64,000 bases of DNA from Phoronis australis (lineage: Eukaryota; Animalia; Phoronida): positions 62,001-126,000 of the forward strand of contig NMRA01000138.1 in NCBI GenBank assembly GCA_002633005.1, given 5' to 3'. The position numbers and the translations under genes are program-made. Shown here piece by piece: positions 1 through 19,603 of this stretch (the stretch's first letter is position 1; each line of letters begins with the position of its first letter). Below the pieces are notes generated by a model. It saw only the letters and a program-made list of their open reading frames with translations, had not been told where the DNA came from and did not search any database.

Positions 1-2217
1 AGCACCTATTTTTCTGTGAATGCTAGCCTTTTTCAAATGTCTCAAAATGTATGAAACATTCTCACCCTTGATTCATGAACACGGGGCTTCTGTGGCACCT
101 TGTTTTATATTGGGAAAGGAATTGCCTGTAGTCTCCTGTGTTCCATTTCACTCTTACATGGCAGTTAGATGTGTCTACACACACTGACGGGTTTGGTTCA
201 TACCTACTTAAAAATTTTACTTTTAAGTCCTATCTTGAATGGTAACACCTGTAGATTTGGTTCCTACAGTATGTTATCAATTACCAAATGTAATGAACTG
301 TTACTGAAAGCGTATTGGCTTGGTTTTGTCTATGTCACCGCATGAATCACATTTTAATTGAAACAGCTGCGACTAACACCCTCACGCAGTGGTGTTCTAT
401 TCAGACCCCTATTCAATACAACTGTTTTCGCCTTTTTTGTTTATGCTGGGATCTCGCAGTGACGCAATATGGCATGAGAAGACAATTTCACCTATTATTT
501 GATGGGTCTACATTTGAGTGATTAAAGGCTTTGCTAGGAGTACCTGGTTAACCCAATAGGCCTAAAATAAGAAAATTCTGCTCCGTTTAACGGCTACCCC
601 TGGTTTTTCAATTACCTCGTATAAACACCCTCGCCTCTAATTCGGGTGAGTACAGTAGTCAGCTCTTCAGTTGATGATTACAGAAGTGTAGGCCTACTAT
701 AATGTGTGTACATGTAACATTGTGTGGATGTCTTACTCGGGTGACCACTTTTTCACAATACAAAAAGAAATAATTGATTTTCAAGAGTTTAAAGTTGACG
801 ATATTTTTCATTTTCACACAATTTTCTAATTGTCAATCCAAAAAGTGGGGGTTTGACACACTGTCTCAAAAAACAATTGCAGCATCTTCAACAAATTTGG
901 AAAGCAAAAATAAATTTTTGCGTTAAACAAGTTACGTGACCACTGATGGGCATCGTTTCCTCACTGTAGGTATCAAGGATTTGAAAACCATTGTACCTTA
1001 ATGTTAATAGATATTAAGAGAGATTAAGAAATATGACCATTATAGCAATGAAGGTAAACACTATGTTTAAGCAAGAGTTGTGTAGAGAACCCATTCTGAT
1101 GATTAACTCACCTAGTTGTCTATTTTTTAACTATGAAATCTATTAAAACCAATTTCTTAAGAAATTGTCTTTATTTGTATAAAACGCAACTATAATTATA
1201 TCTTAATCAATTTTCTATTCCACATAAACCTACTATCTATTGAACAATATAGTAGACTCTTTGATTTAATAAATACACAAGCACAGTTTGAGCAAAGACA
1301 TTATGTAACAAGGCGTAATAATCACCATCGTACTACAATATACAAAGCCCACACTCACATATAAAGAACAAGAACGTCTAGAATACGAGGATGCCGCTTT
1401 TAAGCAAAGCTTTTATTCAATGGACATTAACCCTACAATATGTTGCTTCAAAATGTCCATAATCACACTGACCATGCAGTTGAACGGCTAGTTTGGTTAT
1501 AGCTAACACTGGTTACAACCAACGTTTTAGAAACGTCGTTGAACGGTTTGTTGCAATGGGGCTCAACTGCGTTGTTTGAATGCTAAAAACCCAAAAATTT
1601 AACAACATTGAACCGTAACAATAGGATATACAGTTAAACATGTACAAGTTGCATTTTTGCTTAACTCGGACAAAGTTCAGCAGTGTTGTTCTATTTCAAG
1701 CCCTTCAGATAAGTTTTATTTCATTACACTTGGTTGATCGTTGTCCAGTAAGGTCCAACTACTTCAAATTTTAATGTAATAGTTTCACAACAATGGGATG
1801 AACATCAGATATTCACAAAAGTTACAGAATGTAGAGCACAACTCCCCAACCATGACGAGGCCGACAAACTGAAAATATTTTTATTTTACTACCTTACATG
1901 ACACACAATTTTAGATTTGAAATGCAAATAAACAAAGCAATTAAAAATGGGTTTCAAAATAAGTTAAATGCCGACTGTTTTTGTTTAGTCATGTTTCGCC
2001 ACTTGTTAAAGAAATGAAAAGCCTCCAGTATTAACAGGAGTGGACTCTTGAAGTATGAACTGGCCTGAAGTCAGTTATTGTCTGTTATTTGCAACCTACC
2101 GCTAACCTTTACCATGTATATTTTTACACAAGTTGGCCAATTGCAAGCAGAGCAATGACTTCAAATTCACACAACACCAACAGCTAAAAATTCATTTTGT
2201 TCCACTTTTTGAAGCTT

Positions 2218-2475
2218 GGCTTCTGTTTCATGAATTGAAGTGACAAGACAGAAATTTTGTCTTTCACTCCCACTTCATAAGGTTTGATAAGTAGTCGCGA
2301 TCGCATCAGTTGAGCAATAATTTATAATAATTACTTTAATAACCAGCAGGTACGTGTACATTCTCAGAGACTTTGAACTTGTGCTTAAGTGAGATTTAAT
2401 TATTTTTCAGAAATAGTTATGTGGAGTATAACACCAAATTTCTGTCATAAGTCTCACTTTTCATGAAACAGGCCC
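2218..2475. mobile_element. MITE (PIF/Harbinger-like ends), same family as 44308-44568
   Basis: Ends ctgtttcatgaa ... ttcatgaaacaggccc. The reverse complement aligns by eye with 44308-44568. Confidence 0.6.
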
Positions 2476-3439
2476 CTGATCATATTATTTTTATATGCTG
2501 TTGATGTAGATGAATTATTAGACAATTGTGTTTGTTTAAACTAATCAAAATTAAATTGAATTTGCGAGCTTGAGAATGTTTATGCTTCTGTAGATGAAAC
2601 ACAAATAGCATCAACATTCCATTGATAATTTCTCTTTATACCTCAAACACATTAATCATTTACATTTCTTAAATAATGCCAATAATTCTATGGATGAGAG
2701 AATTAAGTCTTCATGAATATCTCATTAAATACCAACAGATTGTGTACATGAAATGGATTGCAATACTTAAATAACACATATGTATTTCTATTATGGATCC
2801 TAGTGTATTCACTTCCTACTCTGCACATAACATCACTTTCGAAGGGTATGGCCAGCCCTCAGATTCCATTTAAAGAAAAGACTGTTAAACTCTGAATGGC
2901 TAATCTAATGCCAGTCAACACTGTTGACACGCAATAGTGCATTTTTGTTGCCTAGAATATTTTGCTTGAGCTTTTTACCTAATTGTCTCGCTCCTAGAAG
3001 AAGTCTTCTGCTACGAGATGTAAGCTCACATAACAGAAATGCTACAGAATCAAGTAAAATCAACTAGCCAAACACATAACTGTCGTGCCATCTAGAATCT
3101 AGGCTGTTAACCAGCCAGGCTGCCCCTTCCAAACTTGGATAGCTCAGATTCGCAGGTGCTCCTGCAACTCCTTGAAGTGGTAACATTCCAGTAAGATAAG
3201 AAAAGTTATCTTTTTTCATGATTTCCCTACTTACCCAATAACCATGAAAGATGTGCAGCTTTAAAATGTATGGTAGCTACAATAGATTATTATGCAATAT
3301 TCAAATTAAACATGTAGATGGACTATGCGACGGATGACTAAAAACAGACAAAATAACAACAGTAAAACTACTAACATCCACAAACAGTAGCCCAACAAAG
3401 AAAGTCACTCTCGCTGTTAAAGTGAATATAAACATGTGT

Positions 3440-3710
3440 TCGGTCATAAAACCAAATTCTTGATTTAGACCATTTAGTTAATATGAAATTGGTCTCAAAA
3501 TGGTTCCTTAGTAAAAATACACGGCTTCAGGGGTTGTAAATAACAGACGGTTCCTTACGACTCCAGCTCTACGAGTTAACTTGCCAAAGTCTATCATTTT
3601 ATTCGCTGACCAATGGTCATTTCCTTACAAGGCCAACAATTACTTATCATTTTTAATAAGTAACAAGTGGAGACCAATTGTACAGCGGTAAGTGATCTAA
3701 ATCAACATTT
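3440..3710. mobile_element. Degenerate MITE with subterminal inverted repeats; related fragment at ~35400-35545
   Basis: ttgatttagaccattta...aaattggtctc is inverted against gagaccaatt...gtaagtgatctaaatcaa. The same left arm recurs at 35421-35456. Confidence 0.5.
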
Positions 3711-4803
3711 TTCCAGGGAATGCGGGTTTGTTGTCACTTTAGGAGTTTTATTTTAACAGCAACGTTAGAGCATTACAAATATACTGAACTGCCATTTAAG
3801 CTGGCTCATAAGTCATACAGAGAAATTCCAGATATACAAATAACAGAAAAGACAACTACCAAAACAATTGTCCTTCATAAGCTACAATGTCTGTTATAAA
3901 GATGCCATATCAATCTGGTACCCAAAAATAATGTCAAAACAAGAGTACGCACATGCCCAGCTAACAATTATACGAGGGGCACATGTATTTCAGAAACAAG
4001 TCTTGATTTGATTTTACCTCTATCGGAAGAAATAATTCAAGCTCTGAAAGCCCGATTACCACATTAAGTTGTCCACAATTGCCTTCTACCTGTCATGTAG
4101 TTCGGGGAGGAGCTCATAGATGGTATTTTTAGTGGTAAACTCATTTTACTTTAGTTTTGGACCTCTGACAGTGGCATGCAGCATCAATTAACTGCTTACA
4201 GAAAAAAAAGCAAACCTGACCTATTATATGGAAGAACATCACAAAGAATAGCACATTACAATTACAGAGAATACGCATATTTTTAATTAATTTTGTTCAA
4301 AATTCTCCAGTTCTGGACAGTCTTTAAAATTTGGGGCAACAAGATTCAAGCTGAAATTGAATTTTATTTTCTTGATTCCGTAGATTGGGACATGGGCAAT
4401 GTTGGCATTTATTATACTTCTCTGTATCAACAGTCTTAAAATAGACTTGGCAATTCATAAAACAATGAGAATAGCTGCATCCCCATGAAGGTGAATGATC
4501 GTTTGACGTTGATCAACAACTCCTGAATATCCGATGGCCAATATTGCCCATTTCTACAATTTAGTAAAACCTACAACCAAGAGCAAAATAATTAAATTTT
4601 CACAGTTTCAAACTGGAGAATTTTTACTGTAAAAATCACTAGGGGGAAACAAAGCTAGTAAACTAACAAGCTCCAAATATTCACACATCTGATGCACGAG
4701 CAGATCACAGAAAGCCTCCCTGCTTGACCGCTCTCCCTGCTTGACCGCTTTTGAAACGCAATGGAGGAATACAAGGTAGCAACTATACCTGTCCACTGTC
4801 AAA

Positions 4804-5114
4804 CAGGGACTCATCTAAGATTTGAAAAGTGGGGTCTAAATTCATGAGATTGCCACTCACCACAAGCATGCATTCTGTATGAGGCCACCCTGGCATCACA
4901 GGACAGGGAGGATTTCCCCGAAAAACATGGCTGCTAGCATTTGCTGATCGTCAGCGTGACATATACGGTAAAAACAGACGGTAATAGTCTGTGACCTTGA
5001 ACCAAGAGTGAATACTTATTGAACCAACACTACGAATTGTATGTTTCAATATTTATGAATAAGAAATGTTAAAATTCCCAACGGTGGCCATGACAGCCAC
5101 TAGATGAGTCCCTG
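4804..5114. mobile_element. Non-autonomous hAT MITE (311 bp), probably within the RAB8 3' UTR
   Basis: Perfect 14-bp TIR CAGGGACTCATCTA/TAGATGAGTCCCTG and 8-bp TSD CTGTCAAA/CTGTCACA. Confidence 0.8.
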
Positions 5115-5784
5115 CTGTCACACCCGTAGCTAGTCATTGGCCTAGACACACACCTGTCATGGGAAACACTCTAATATTTGATTGTACCAGCCTTCATACA
5201 ATACATTAGTTTCTTAACCAGCTCACACATGAGTCAACATCCAGTTTTTAAATCCGAACATGTATTTGTCTCGTCACCACAAACTTATCAGACAATGGTA
5301 CTAAAACAGGATTTTAAACTGAGCGGTTCCATCGAATTGACTAACATTCCAAAAATAACAAGACACAATAATTTCATCAGAACGAAGTTCACTTCCTTGG
5401 GTGAAAGACAGCAACACCTTGAAGACATCAGTTCCTCTCATTACAGTAACACTTTCATTAGTGACCATCTCTTCCAACTCATACACGGACAGTGCACTCA
5501 GCAATCATTCTGCTTCATTTTGACCAGATAATGTAAGGTCTCTTTCTCACTGTCTTACCCTCTTCATTAAAATAGTTGCTATATGGATACACAGCACTTG
5601 TGCTTTGGCTGACCACTGACACAGTCTTGCTAAATTCGCACTACACCACTTGGCCTTAATGAAACACTCGGTGGAGGTTTAATCAACACAAAAATAGTTG
5701 CTCTCTGTCTATACATAATCACATGATTCTGTTGAAGGTGACCAGTTAATATTTACAAGTCTGGGTCGATGGAAGGAACTTTGC

Positions 5785-8700
5785 TCACAGTATCTGGCAT
5801 CGCCAGCCCGATTTTTTAGGTTTGTCCGATTTGTTTAGCTGGTGACCACCCGAGGAGTTAGCACTGGGATTGGAGGCTTCCTGTGAATATATTTACGGCA
5901 CAGATTATGATAATGACAATACACATTACAAACACCATTAGTAATTGCAACAACAGTAATCAACAGCACCAAAAAATTTGAGAGATCAGATATGTCAATT
6001 TATTGTAAAGAGGTACCTATGTGTTGAATATTTCATTTCACAGACACAAGGTTATATTAAGGGAGATACTTGAGATTTAATTACTGTTCACCTAGCCTTT
6101 ATCAACTCAGCAAGCAAAAGCAATGAAGTGGCGCAGTAGGCAATGCAAAAAGATTCCGATATCTTCCTAATGTATTCACTTTCATGGAACAAACACAATG
6201 ATAGACTCACACAGTATTCAGTAATAACAAGGAGGCAAAGACAAGACCAAAAAAGTGCAGTTGTTTCTGATCAGTGGGATTTTTAGGTGTTCAATTTTTC
6301 AAAAAATACACCTGGGATGAGCAAATGTGGGCTGGTGGCTGCACTCCTGCATGCAAGGCAGTGTGTCACTGGCAGTCAGCTGTCAGGTGACTTAGAAAAG
6401 ACACATGCGTTTGTGTGACTTGAAATAACAAAGTTTGCGACCTTGGCTGAAATTGATGCAAAAGGCGCTTATCTTTTCTTAATTATGTTTTAAAATGAGC
6501 AGTACAGAGCAGAACAACAAACATTTGAATAAGAATAACTAGTAAAAAAATCCTCACCATTTTTCTATCCATTTTGGCCTTAATATCTTGTGCCAGTGTG
6601 TAAAATGCTTCTTCAACGTTTTTGCTGACTTTGGCACTCGTTTCCATAAACTTGATTCCATACTCTACTGCTAGCTGAAAGATGATAATATTGGTCATAA
6701 AATCTGAAGCTCCATTAGCAATATTAAATTTCTGATAAAATAAAGAGAAACTGGAAAAGTCTAAAAAATTTCACTTGGTATAACAAAAAACATCACTTGT
6801 GAACCAGAAACAAATGGAGAAAGCATGACAGCTTGAAACACAAATATGAACTTTTTTCATTTCACTATCCCAAACAATATGTGCATTCATTTTTCTTTGT
6901 TACACTAGCAAGGAACTCTTCACACTTTTTTCAAGCATACATTTCACACAGTCAGGACAGGAAAGACAGGCAATCAACTGTTGCAATGACATAAAATGTT
7001 TTTCAAAACTAGTTGCCCTCTGTCGTAGACCCCATAGGAACACACCTGCCAAATTTCAATACGATCCTGCAAGGGGTTTAGGAGATACAGCCGCGGATAT
7101 GTGGGCGCATAAAAATGACATTGGTACTAAATTGTTCCAAAAGATGTCGCCACCCACCTGCTCCCCTCGCTCCTTTGTTACTTGCCGTCGTTCTTCCATA
7201 TCACATTTGTTGCCTAGTATCATCCTCTCCACATCCGCAGAAGCATGCTCCTGTATATTACGAATCCAGTTCCGGATGTTGTCGAAGGACTTCTCGTTTG
7301 TTATATCATAGACAAGCATGATGCCCTGCACAGTAGTAAATCTTCACATTAAAAACACTTAAAACATTGATCTTGACGGCATGTTAGGGGAACATGGGAT
7401 CTCTTTGAAAGCCAATACCATGCTAGCATCCCGATTTTCTTCAGGTGCGCATAATTTAACTTCATTTTCGTTATACAAAGTTATGAATTTAAACAACAAA
7501 ACACTCATTACCATCACTCAATTTGAAAAAGACTTAATCTCAAGTCATGAAACTGTTGCATAACACTTAATAATTTCAAACAAAGTGCTCTGAGGAGCAA
7601 CAATTGGCAAATCGAACAAATATTTAAAGATGACACCATGGCGAGAAACCAATCATGCACTACAGATAGCCTATGAGGAGATCCATTTACATATCAAATT
7701 TGAAAAACGTTAGTAAAAAAATCGAGGAGCTAGAGCTCCGCAAACAGAAATCCATCCTAGCGCCACCTTGCGTCCGATTTCGTCAAAAAACGAAATTCCT
7801 CGAACTATTGACAAAATAATGTACGTAAATTTTATGCTGATCTCTATCACAAATATGACAGGTCAACAAAGTGCAGCTAGAAATAAGTCAATAAAAGAAA
7901 AGTCATCTAAGCACTAAATCTCAAATATTCCCCAAGAATAGTTAGTTGAAGCGAGAAAAGGGTTTCACAATGCTGATAGTACTTATAACGATCTATCCTA
8001 AACTTCAGACAGATCTGTCAAGGGAAGCTGAAGATATGGTACAAAAATGTAATTAATTAGAGTAGTCATTGGATTATCTCGGATAACTTGAGAACGGTAA
8101 GTTCTATAAAAACCAACGGGCAGCCTTCTGATAGTCTGTGAAATAATATAGCCACAGAAAAAATCAGAAAGTCCCTCCAGAGACAGCAAAGCTATGGAGC
8201 TATGCAATCCAAAATAGTGAAAATAAATTTCACGTTGATCGGATATAAATTGCGACCTGTAGTGTGCGAACAAAGAAACAATATGACAAAGAAAGAGACT
8301 TGAGGAAATTTTATTTCACCAAAAAATAAAGTTAGAAACACTTTACACAATAGTCAATGACAACTGACGATAAAATTAACAGGTGCCTGCCTTATTTCCA
8401 TGTTAGGTTTAATTTTAAAATTTTTAGTGAATATAACATTTCAGATGTAACAAATTAAAATTCACTCATTTTAGGTCATTTACGCAAGACACAATACATG
8501 GCACTACCAGGTTGTATAGAGTCCATGAAGAAAAGTTCTCATTTTTTATAGCATACACAAATTACTTTTAACACTTAATCTTTTGATGCAGTTATTGAAG
8601 ACATTCCAAACCCAAAATAACACAATGGTTCAGTGAGCTAATATTTCTGGACAGCATCCACTAACATTTATCTTGCACTTTGTGTCAAGTTATCTTATGC

Positions 8701-11700
8701 TCTACATGTGCATACCAGGGGAGGACAATAGAAGGATGCTGTGGATGTGATAAACATGAGATAAAATTGGGTCATTATGTTCAAGGGGAACCCCCCCCCC
8801 NCCCCCCCCACTTACCATGGCTCCCCTATAATAGGCTGTTGTTATTGTTCGGAATCGCTCTTGTCCTGCTGTGTCCCTGAAAAGAATTAGAAATGCAGCT
8901 CACCTGTCAAAGGTTTTCATATGTGTAGCTCCAGGGGTTAATTAATGGTGGCAAATAAAAATTTTGATAGGTACGGCCATTCTACACTTTTTGTGCATAA
9001 AAATAATTGCCGGCACCAAAATTCACAGTTTTCCATTTTTAAATGTTGTTTTGTGACATTTACAAAGTACAACCCATGCTACTAAACAATTAAATTGTAA
9101 TCTTTACTCTTGTGGAAAATCTTGATGTAAATAAAATTTCACTTCATGGCCATATCGTGCGCTAAATTGGTGAAGAATTATTGTAGATAGTTCAAATCTC
9201 CACCAAAGCATACTGTGCACAATTGGATTAAGCAACCTGTGCCCCATGTAAATAACTCCACAAACATCCACTCCATCACAAGCAAATCCAACAACATCAT
9301 GGATTTTAACATGATAGTCTCACAAGTTGGACTTCTCAATTGAAAATAATTTTTAAAACCATGAGGGTCTTTAAAAAGATTGTCTCATTGTCGAAAAAGC
9401 AAAAAAAAACACAGAAATAAGAGCAGACTTGCAAATCCTCATAATTTAGGTGGGAGGTTCCCAATTTAGCGTCATTTTTTGCAATTCCTCCGACTTACAA
9501 AAACCTATCAAATTCTCTAGATGTTTTCAAAGCTCTCCCGCATTTTTCTGGAAACAAGGTCATTGGCATCTCCAAATCCAATTAGACAAAAACTTAACAG
9601 TGACACTCCTTGGATTTGTGGCACATTAACCCATATACGAGACTAAGCTCACAAAGTTCCAAGCGGCTTAGGCTAAATTTTCTCTGCATGTTTCTTGCAC
9701 AGCAAGACCATCCGCTGCTGGTTAAAATTTTCAGAGTGGGAATCTATCGTATCAGTGTCCAAATGTTGGGGTAACAGATTTAGGAATGAATAAGAAAACT
9801 AAAGGCCACCAAGGAGATTTGTCGATATGAGAACATCCCTACTTTTGATTCTGATAGGTTGGCAAATATCCAGTAAAGCTTCTATGTTAAGTTTACTGTC
9901 ATCAACAGAACACAAGTGCATTGAGTCAGTTTTAAAAAAATGTGATAACTGAGTTGCATTTTTCATGTGTGAGGGATACCAGTAATTTAGTCAAGATCTT
10001 TCAATCCACTTCAAAAGTTTTTATCGGAGACTGTAGTAACTATGAACAAAGAAATTACTAATCATTTGTTTCATACTACTGCACAGCAGGGTGTTCTTTT
10101 CATGATTTCCGATAAGGCATAAATAACAAAAACATTAATTTACAAACGGTGTTTTTGCACTAAAGGTCCTAATTAAGTATCTCTATGTTTTACATAATCC
10201 CAAAAAATATACGAGCTGGTGCAATATGAGTCACCTGATGAGTCTGAATAACAAACAAATGTATAGTGTGTTGTTAGAAGTGCATACAGGTATAAATTTT
10301 GCCGAAACGACCAGAAAATGAGCAATATAGGTTGAAATTCACACATTTTTCGTTTCATATTCTACATTCTTATAGTTTGATCCGGAAAAAAACATTTAAA
10401 TAACTTCCACAAAAGAAACTATATGGATATTTTTGCAATTTAACCATAATACATTTTGATAATTTTAGGCTATAGGGATTGAAGACAATGCCAACAATGG
10501 AAGCTGATTCAAGTACGGGGTTTCATTATGGTCACAATCTTCCAATTCTCCAGTACTGAGGTACGTACCTGTGTTCATCAAGATTTAACTTTTGCATGTT
10601 TCACAAGTATTACAGCCACAATTGACCAAAAAAGTAGTCTTGATTTTTATACTGATAATGCATACTTTCTCCACGGTTTCAAATGAAGAGATCTGGACCC
10701 AGATAAGATACTTGGAGAAAAACATCATGTGTCATCCATAATAGCCCTTCATGTTTTACCACTCAAATGTGCAGTTATGATAACACAATTCATGTGAAGT
10801 ACTGAGATAGAGAGTAAGTAGATAATATCTTCATTCCAATGAAAGTTTTGGGTGAGAAAGTACATTCCGTTCTCTGAAGTCCTTTTACATTAAGTGTTTA
10901 CTCGAAAAATAAGGACATTCTCTGAAATTTTCACAGGAGTTACAAGCGATTAGCTGATTTCAAATAACTGATGAACATTTATTGGAAGATCACCCAAGAA
11001 TGGTGAAAACAAAACACGAGTGGGGTCTAGGTTGCAATAAAACTAAAACTACAACACCACAAACAAAAATTGATTTTGTAAGGAAGGAATAAACAAATTT
11101 GTCATAAAAAATTGATCAACAAGTGAGCCTGCCAGTGCCACTTTAAAGTAATTTATAAACTCAATAGGTACTTACCATATCTGTAATTTTATCTTTTTCC
11201 CACCAAGATCAATAGTTCGTACTTTGAAATCTATACCTAGGAAAAAATGCAATTCTAGTTAAAAATCATACAGTAATGAGTAACTTCCGAACACAACACA
11301 AGCAGAATAACATGTATTGTTCTGCTTCTACTTGTATCTGAAAATGCCAACAGCTGCAAATCCAGGATTTTGTCCAGGGGTGTATGACATACAAACAAGA
11401 GTGGATGCTTCATTCTCCTACAACAGTGAAAGAGTGACAGGGTGGTCTGGTTCGATTCCCAACTGATCCAAGAGAAATATATACAATTTTCATAACAGTC
11501 ATTGGCGTCCACTTAACGAGAGACAAATGAAAACCTCCCCTCAAGATGTATGTGAGGCTTTCAAGTGGCCTGGCAGTAGTGGATCTAGAACACAGAAACA
11601 ACATCGACATATTCAAATTTCTGGACGCAGGGAGTGCTGATGATTGTAAAGTCCACAACACTAAGCACATTATGGAGACCTTTAGCCAAGTAACATGTCT

Positions 11701-13944
11701 GTTCCGCAGAAGTGAAGGAGTGCTACACATTACAGTTGAGTCGTGGTCTAAAGGTCTCTCAAAATTGCTTGCCAGTGGGCAATAAATTCTTGACTGAACA
11801 GTTTGGACACTTAGAGGCTTAGACTCAATTTCAGGGGTTCGTTGGTTCTGTTCGCAGCTGAATCAGAAAAAATGTCTCTAGGGACTTTCACAGTCATAGG
11901 GATAATTTTTGGACCATGGGTAGCATTATTGGTGCATAAAAAGCTGATACACTGTGAGGACCCCAACTGTGGACTTGTGTATTTTGTTTGAAGTTTGATG
12001 AATCACACACAGCCAAGTAACGGAGTTGGAGACAGAAAATACCGTAATCGTTCGGGTTAACGCCCTGGGCGGTTAAATTGGCGAACCCAAAAAATCGGGG
12101 GTGGGCGGTTAACCAGACATGGGCGCTTAAACGTGAAATTTCAAGAAATCGGGGGGGGGGGNNNNNNNNNNNNNNNNNNNNNNNNNNNNNNNNNNNNNNN
12201 NNNNNNNNNNNNNNNNNNNNNNNNNNNNNNNNNNNNNNNNNNNNNNNNNNNNNNNNNNNNNNNNNNNNNNNNNNNNNNNNNNNNNNNNNNNNNNNNNNNN
12301 NNNNNNNNNNNNNNNNNNNNNNNNNNNNNNNNNNNNNNNNNNNNNNNNNNNNNNNNNNNNNNNNNNNNNNNNNNNNNNNNNNNNNNNNNNNNNNNNNNNN
12401 NNNNNNNNNNNNNNNNNNNNNNNNNNNNNNNNNNNNNNNNNNNNNNNNNNNNNNNNNNNNNNNNNNNNNNNNNNNNNNNNNNNNNNNNNNNNNNNNNNNN
12501 NNNNNNNNNNNNNNNNNNNNNNNNNNNNNNNNNNNNNNNNNNNNNNNNNNNNNNNNNNNNNNNNNNNNNNNNNNNNNNNNNNNNNNNNNNNNNNNNNNNN
12601 NNNNNNNNNNNNNNNNNNNNNNNNNNNNNNNNNNNNNNNNNNNNNNNNNNNNNNNNNNNNNNNNNNNNNNNNNNNNNNNNNNNNNNNNNNNNNNNNNNNN
12701 NNNNNNNNNNNNNNNNNNNNNNNNNNNNNNNNNNNNNNNNNNNNNNNNNNNNNNNNNNNNNNNNNNNNNNNNNNNNNNNNNNNNNNNNNNNNNNNNNNNN
12801 NNNNNNGTTTGCGAACATGAGAAGAAAAGAAAGTGACAAAGTGTTCAAGTATTACATTTTGAAGTTAATCGATGACCCGTTACAATAATTTGTTACTGGT
12901 ATCATAATTCACATTGCTAAACCGCGGTCTCTGAGGCCGTCGTTGCACTCAATGTTATCATCGATCTTAATCTAAAAGGTCGGGGATTCGCGTTTCCTAT
13001 TAGCACAGGGCGGTAATCACCAATCGTCAAAAGTAGGGGATGGGCGGTTAACCGAGCAGTGGGCGGTTAATTGGAAATCTTCAAAAATAGCAGGGGGGCG
13101 GTTAACCGAGCAGTGGGCGGTTAAATCGAAATTCACCTAAAGTAGGGGGTGGGCGGTTAACTGAGCATGGGCGTTAACCCGAACGATTACGGTACTAGGT
13201 GACGCATAGACAGGCTTATAATGAAAAATCACCTTGTTCCAAGTTTTGAACCAGGTATATCTTGCTTCAAAGCTAGGTGTCCTAACCAGCTGACCAAAGA
13301 GAAATTGCTTGGCATAGTCATAGGTTGAATAGGCGAGTGATTAAGAGAAGCCTTTACAATGAAGCTTTACATTGCTACACTCAGTGCAGATTCACCAAGG
13401 TCCTCTAAACTGCCCCATATACTTGAACCCCAGTGTGTCAGTTGACCCATACTCCATAGCCACGTTTTTTTTTTCTAAATGATCCCCAGGGACAGAGACA
13501 TGTGATGAGTCATAATGATAATGATGCCAAATAATGAAATATTGAAATAACTTGGAGTGGAGCTTAGATCGGTCAAGGTACACTCTGAGAAGTCATCAGA
13601 TGTCAAGCGAATCATTGATAAAATGTGTTAAAAATCAAAATACTGTCTCCACTCCAGAGTTGAAAGAAACTGTAAACAGACCCCGATTCTCCTCCACCGA
13701 CAGTGGTCATTGACAGTGCACTGCCACTGTTCTGCTCCGAGCTCCAGACGGAATTCACCTTTCATCAACTTGTATTTCTTGGCTGAAATTTCACATAAAT
13801 GATAACAATAAGACATGTACCTATTGTTGAAATGAATGTAGAATTGAATGCATCTTCTGAAAATCGAAAAAGGACGCAAGTTTTCCCAACTCCTGAATCT
13901 CCAATCAGCAGCAACTTGAACAGATAGTCGTACGTTTTGGCCAT
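5785..13944 (-). CDS. RAB8: Ras-related small GTPase Rab8, 208 aa. Coding exons 13821-13944, 11176-11236, 8816-8876, 7158-7325, 6558-6674, 5785-5880
   Basis: Spliced translation [22 protein letters not shown]...[10 protein letters not shown]...[30 protein letters not shown]...GNKCD...ETSAK...GWRCQIL*. All G-boxes present, Rab8-type N-terminus and CaaX end (CQIL). All introns GT-AG, phases consistent, 627 nt total. Confidence 0.96.
12042..13192. mobile_element. Non-autonomous Tc1/mariner-pogo-type element in RAB8 intron 1 (spans an N gap)
   Basis: Perfect 24-bp TIR CCGTAATCGTTCGGGTTAACGCCC, TA on both sides, many subterminal GGGCGGTTAA repeats. Confidence 0.85.
12162..12806. other. Assembly gap (N run) following a poly-G tract
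   Basis: Run of N. Confidence 0.99.
13238..13298 (-). repeat. Degenerate tRNA-like (SINE head) remnant
   Basis: Minus strand has A-box-like TGGTCAGCTGGTTAGG and decayed B-box GGTTCAAAAC. No intact cloverleaf. Confidence 0.35.
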
Positions 13945-14473
13945 TTTGTCTGTGTCGTATAAACAGGAAACACCCTCATTTCGGCTATTAGTCAGGGGAG
14001 ACAATCAACCAGTGGGACCGAAGTATCAGAATTCATTCTTCTGAGCTTTACCGCACACGAATAAATAGTTTGTGAAATGGACTCTTAGCAACGCATGCAC
14101 ATAACTTTGATTGCACAGAAGTTTATATATGAACGTTCGATGAAGAAATTGCGTATAAACCCCGTGGAATTCTCTTCTGCTTTAACAGCAGCAAACTTTT
14201 GATTTTGTTTTGTTATCTTCCGATTGACACAACATTTTTAGTATGTATCAAAACACGTTTAAATAACAAATAAGTAAAAATATAATTGCAAAAATATGTT
14301 TTATTACTCTCATATTACACAAGTTATGGATTTTTTTAGTTTTTGCATTTGATATGTTAAATTAATAGCCGTACCAAACTAACGATCAAAACAGAGTGAA
14401 CCCCGGACTACGTGAATTCACATGTGACTGCCCCCAACTTCTTCCTTTTCCCTGGATGTAGAAATCCGTAATC
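13945..14473. promoter_or_regulatory. Short divergent promoter region shared by RAB8 and RPS27, with a TCT/5'-TOP pyrimidine tract at ~14441-14453
   Basis: The start codons (13944 minus, 14474 plus) are only ~530 bp apart and head-to-head. The tract cttccttttccct lies ~30 nt before the RPS27 ATG, as is typical of ribosomal-protein TOP genes. Confidence 0.7.

Positions 14474-19603
<5,130 letters not shown>

Noticed and set aside
5178-5531. 117-aa plus-strand ORF
   Set aside because: Non-ATG start, no motifs, antisense to the probable RAB8 3' UTR.
7020-7850. Helentron/satellite-like fragments flanking RAB8 exon 4
   Set aside because: They resemble invertebrate Helentron-associated repeats but are too decayed to define ends.
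11255-11785. Overlapping 79-106-aa ORFs in RAB8 intron 1
   Set aside because: No recognisable domain or splice context; consistent with chance ORFs.
12078-12888. Long ORFs of 235-252 aa in the ORF track
   Set aside because: Artefacts of reading through the N gap.
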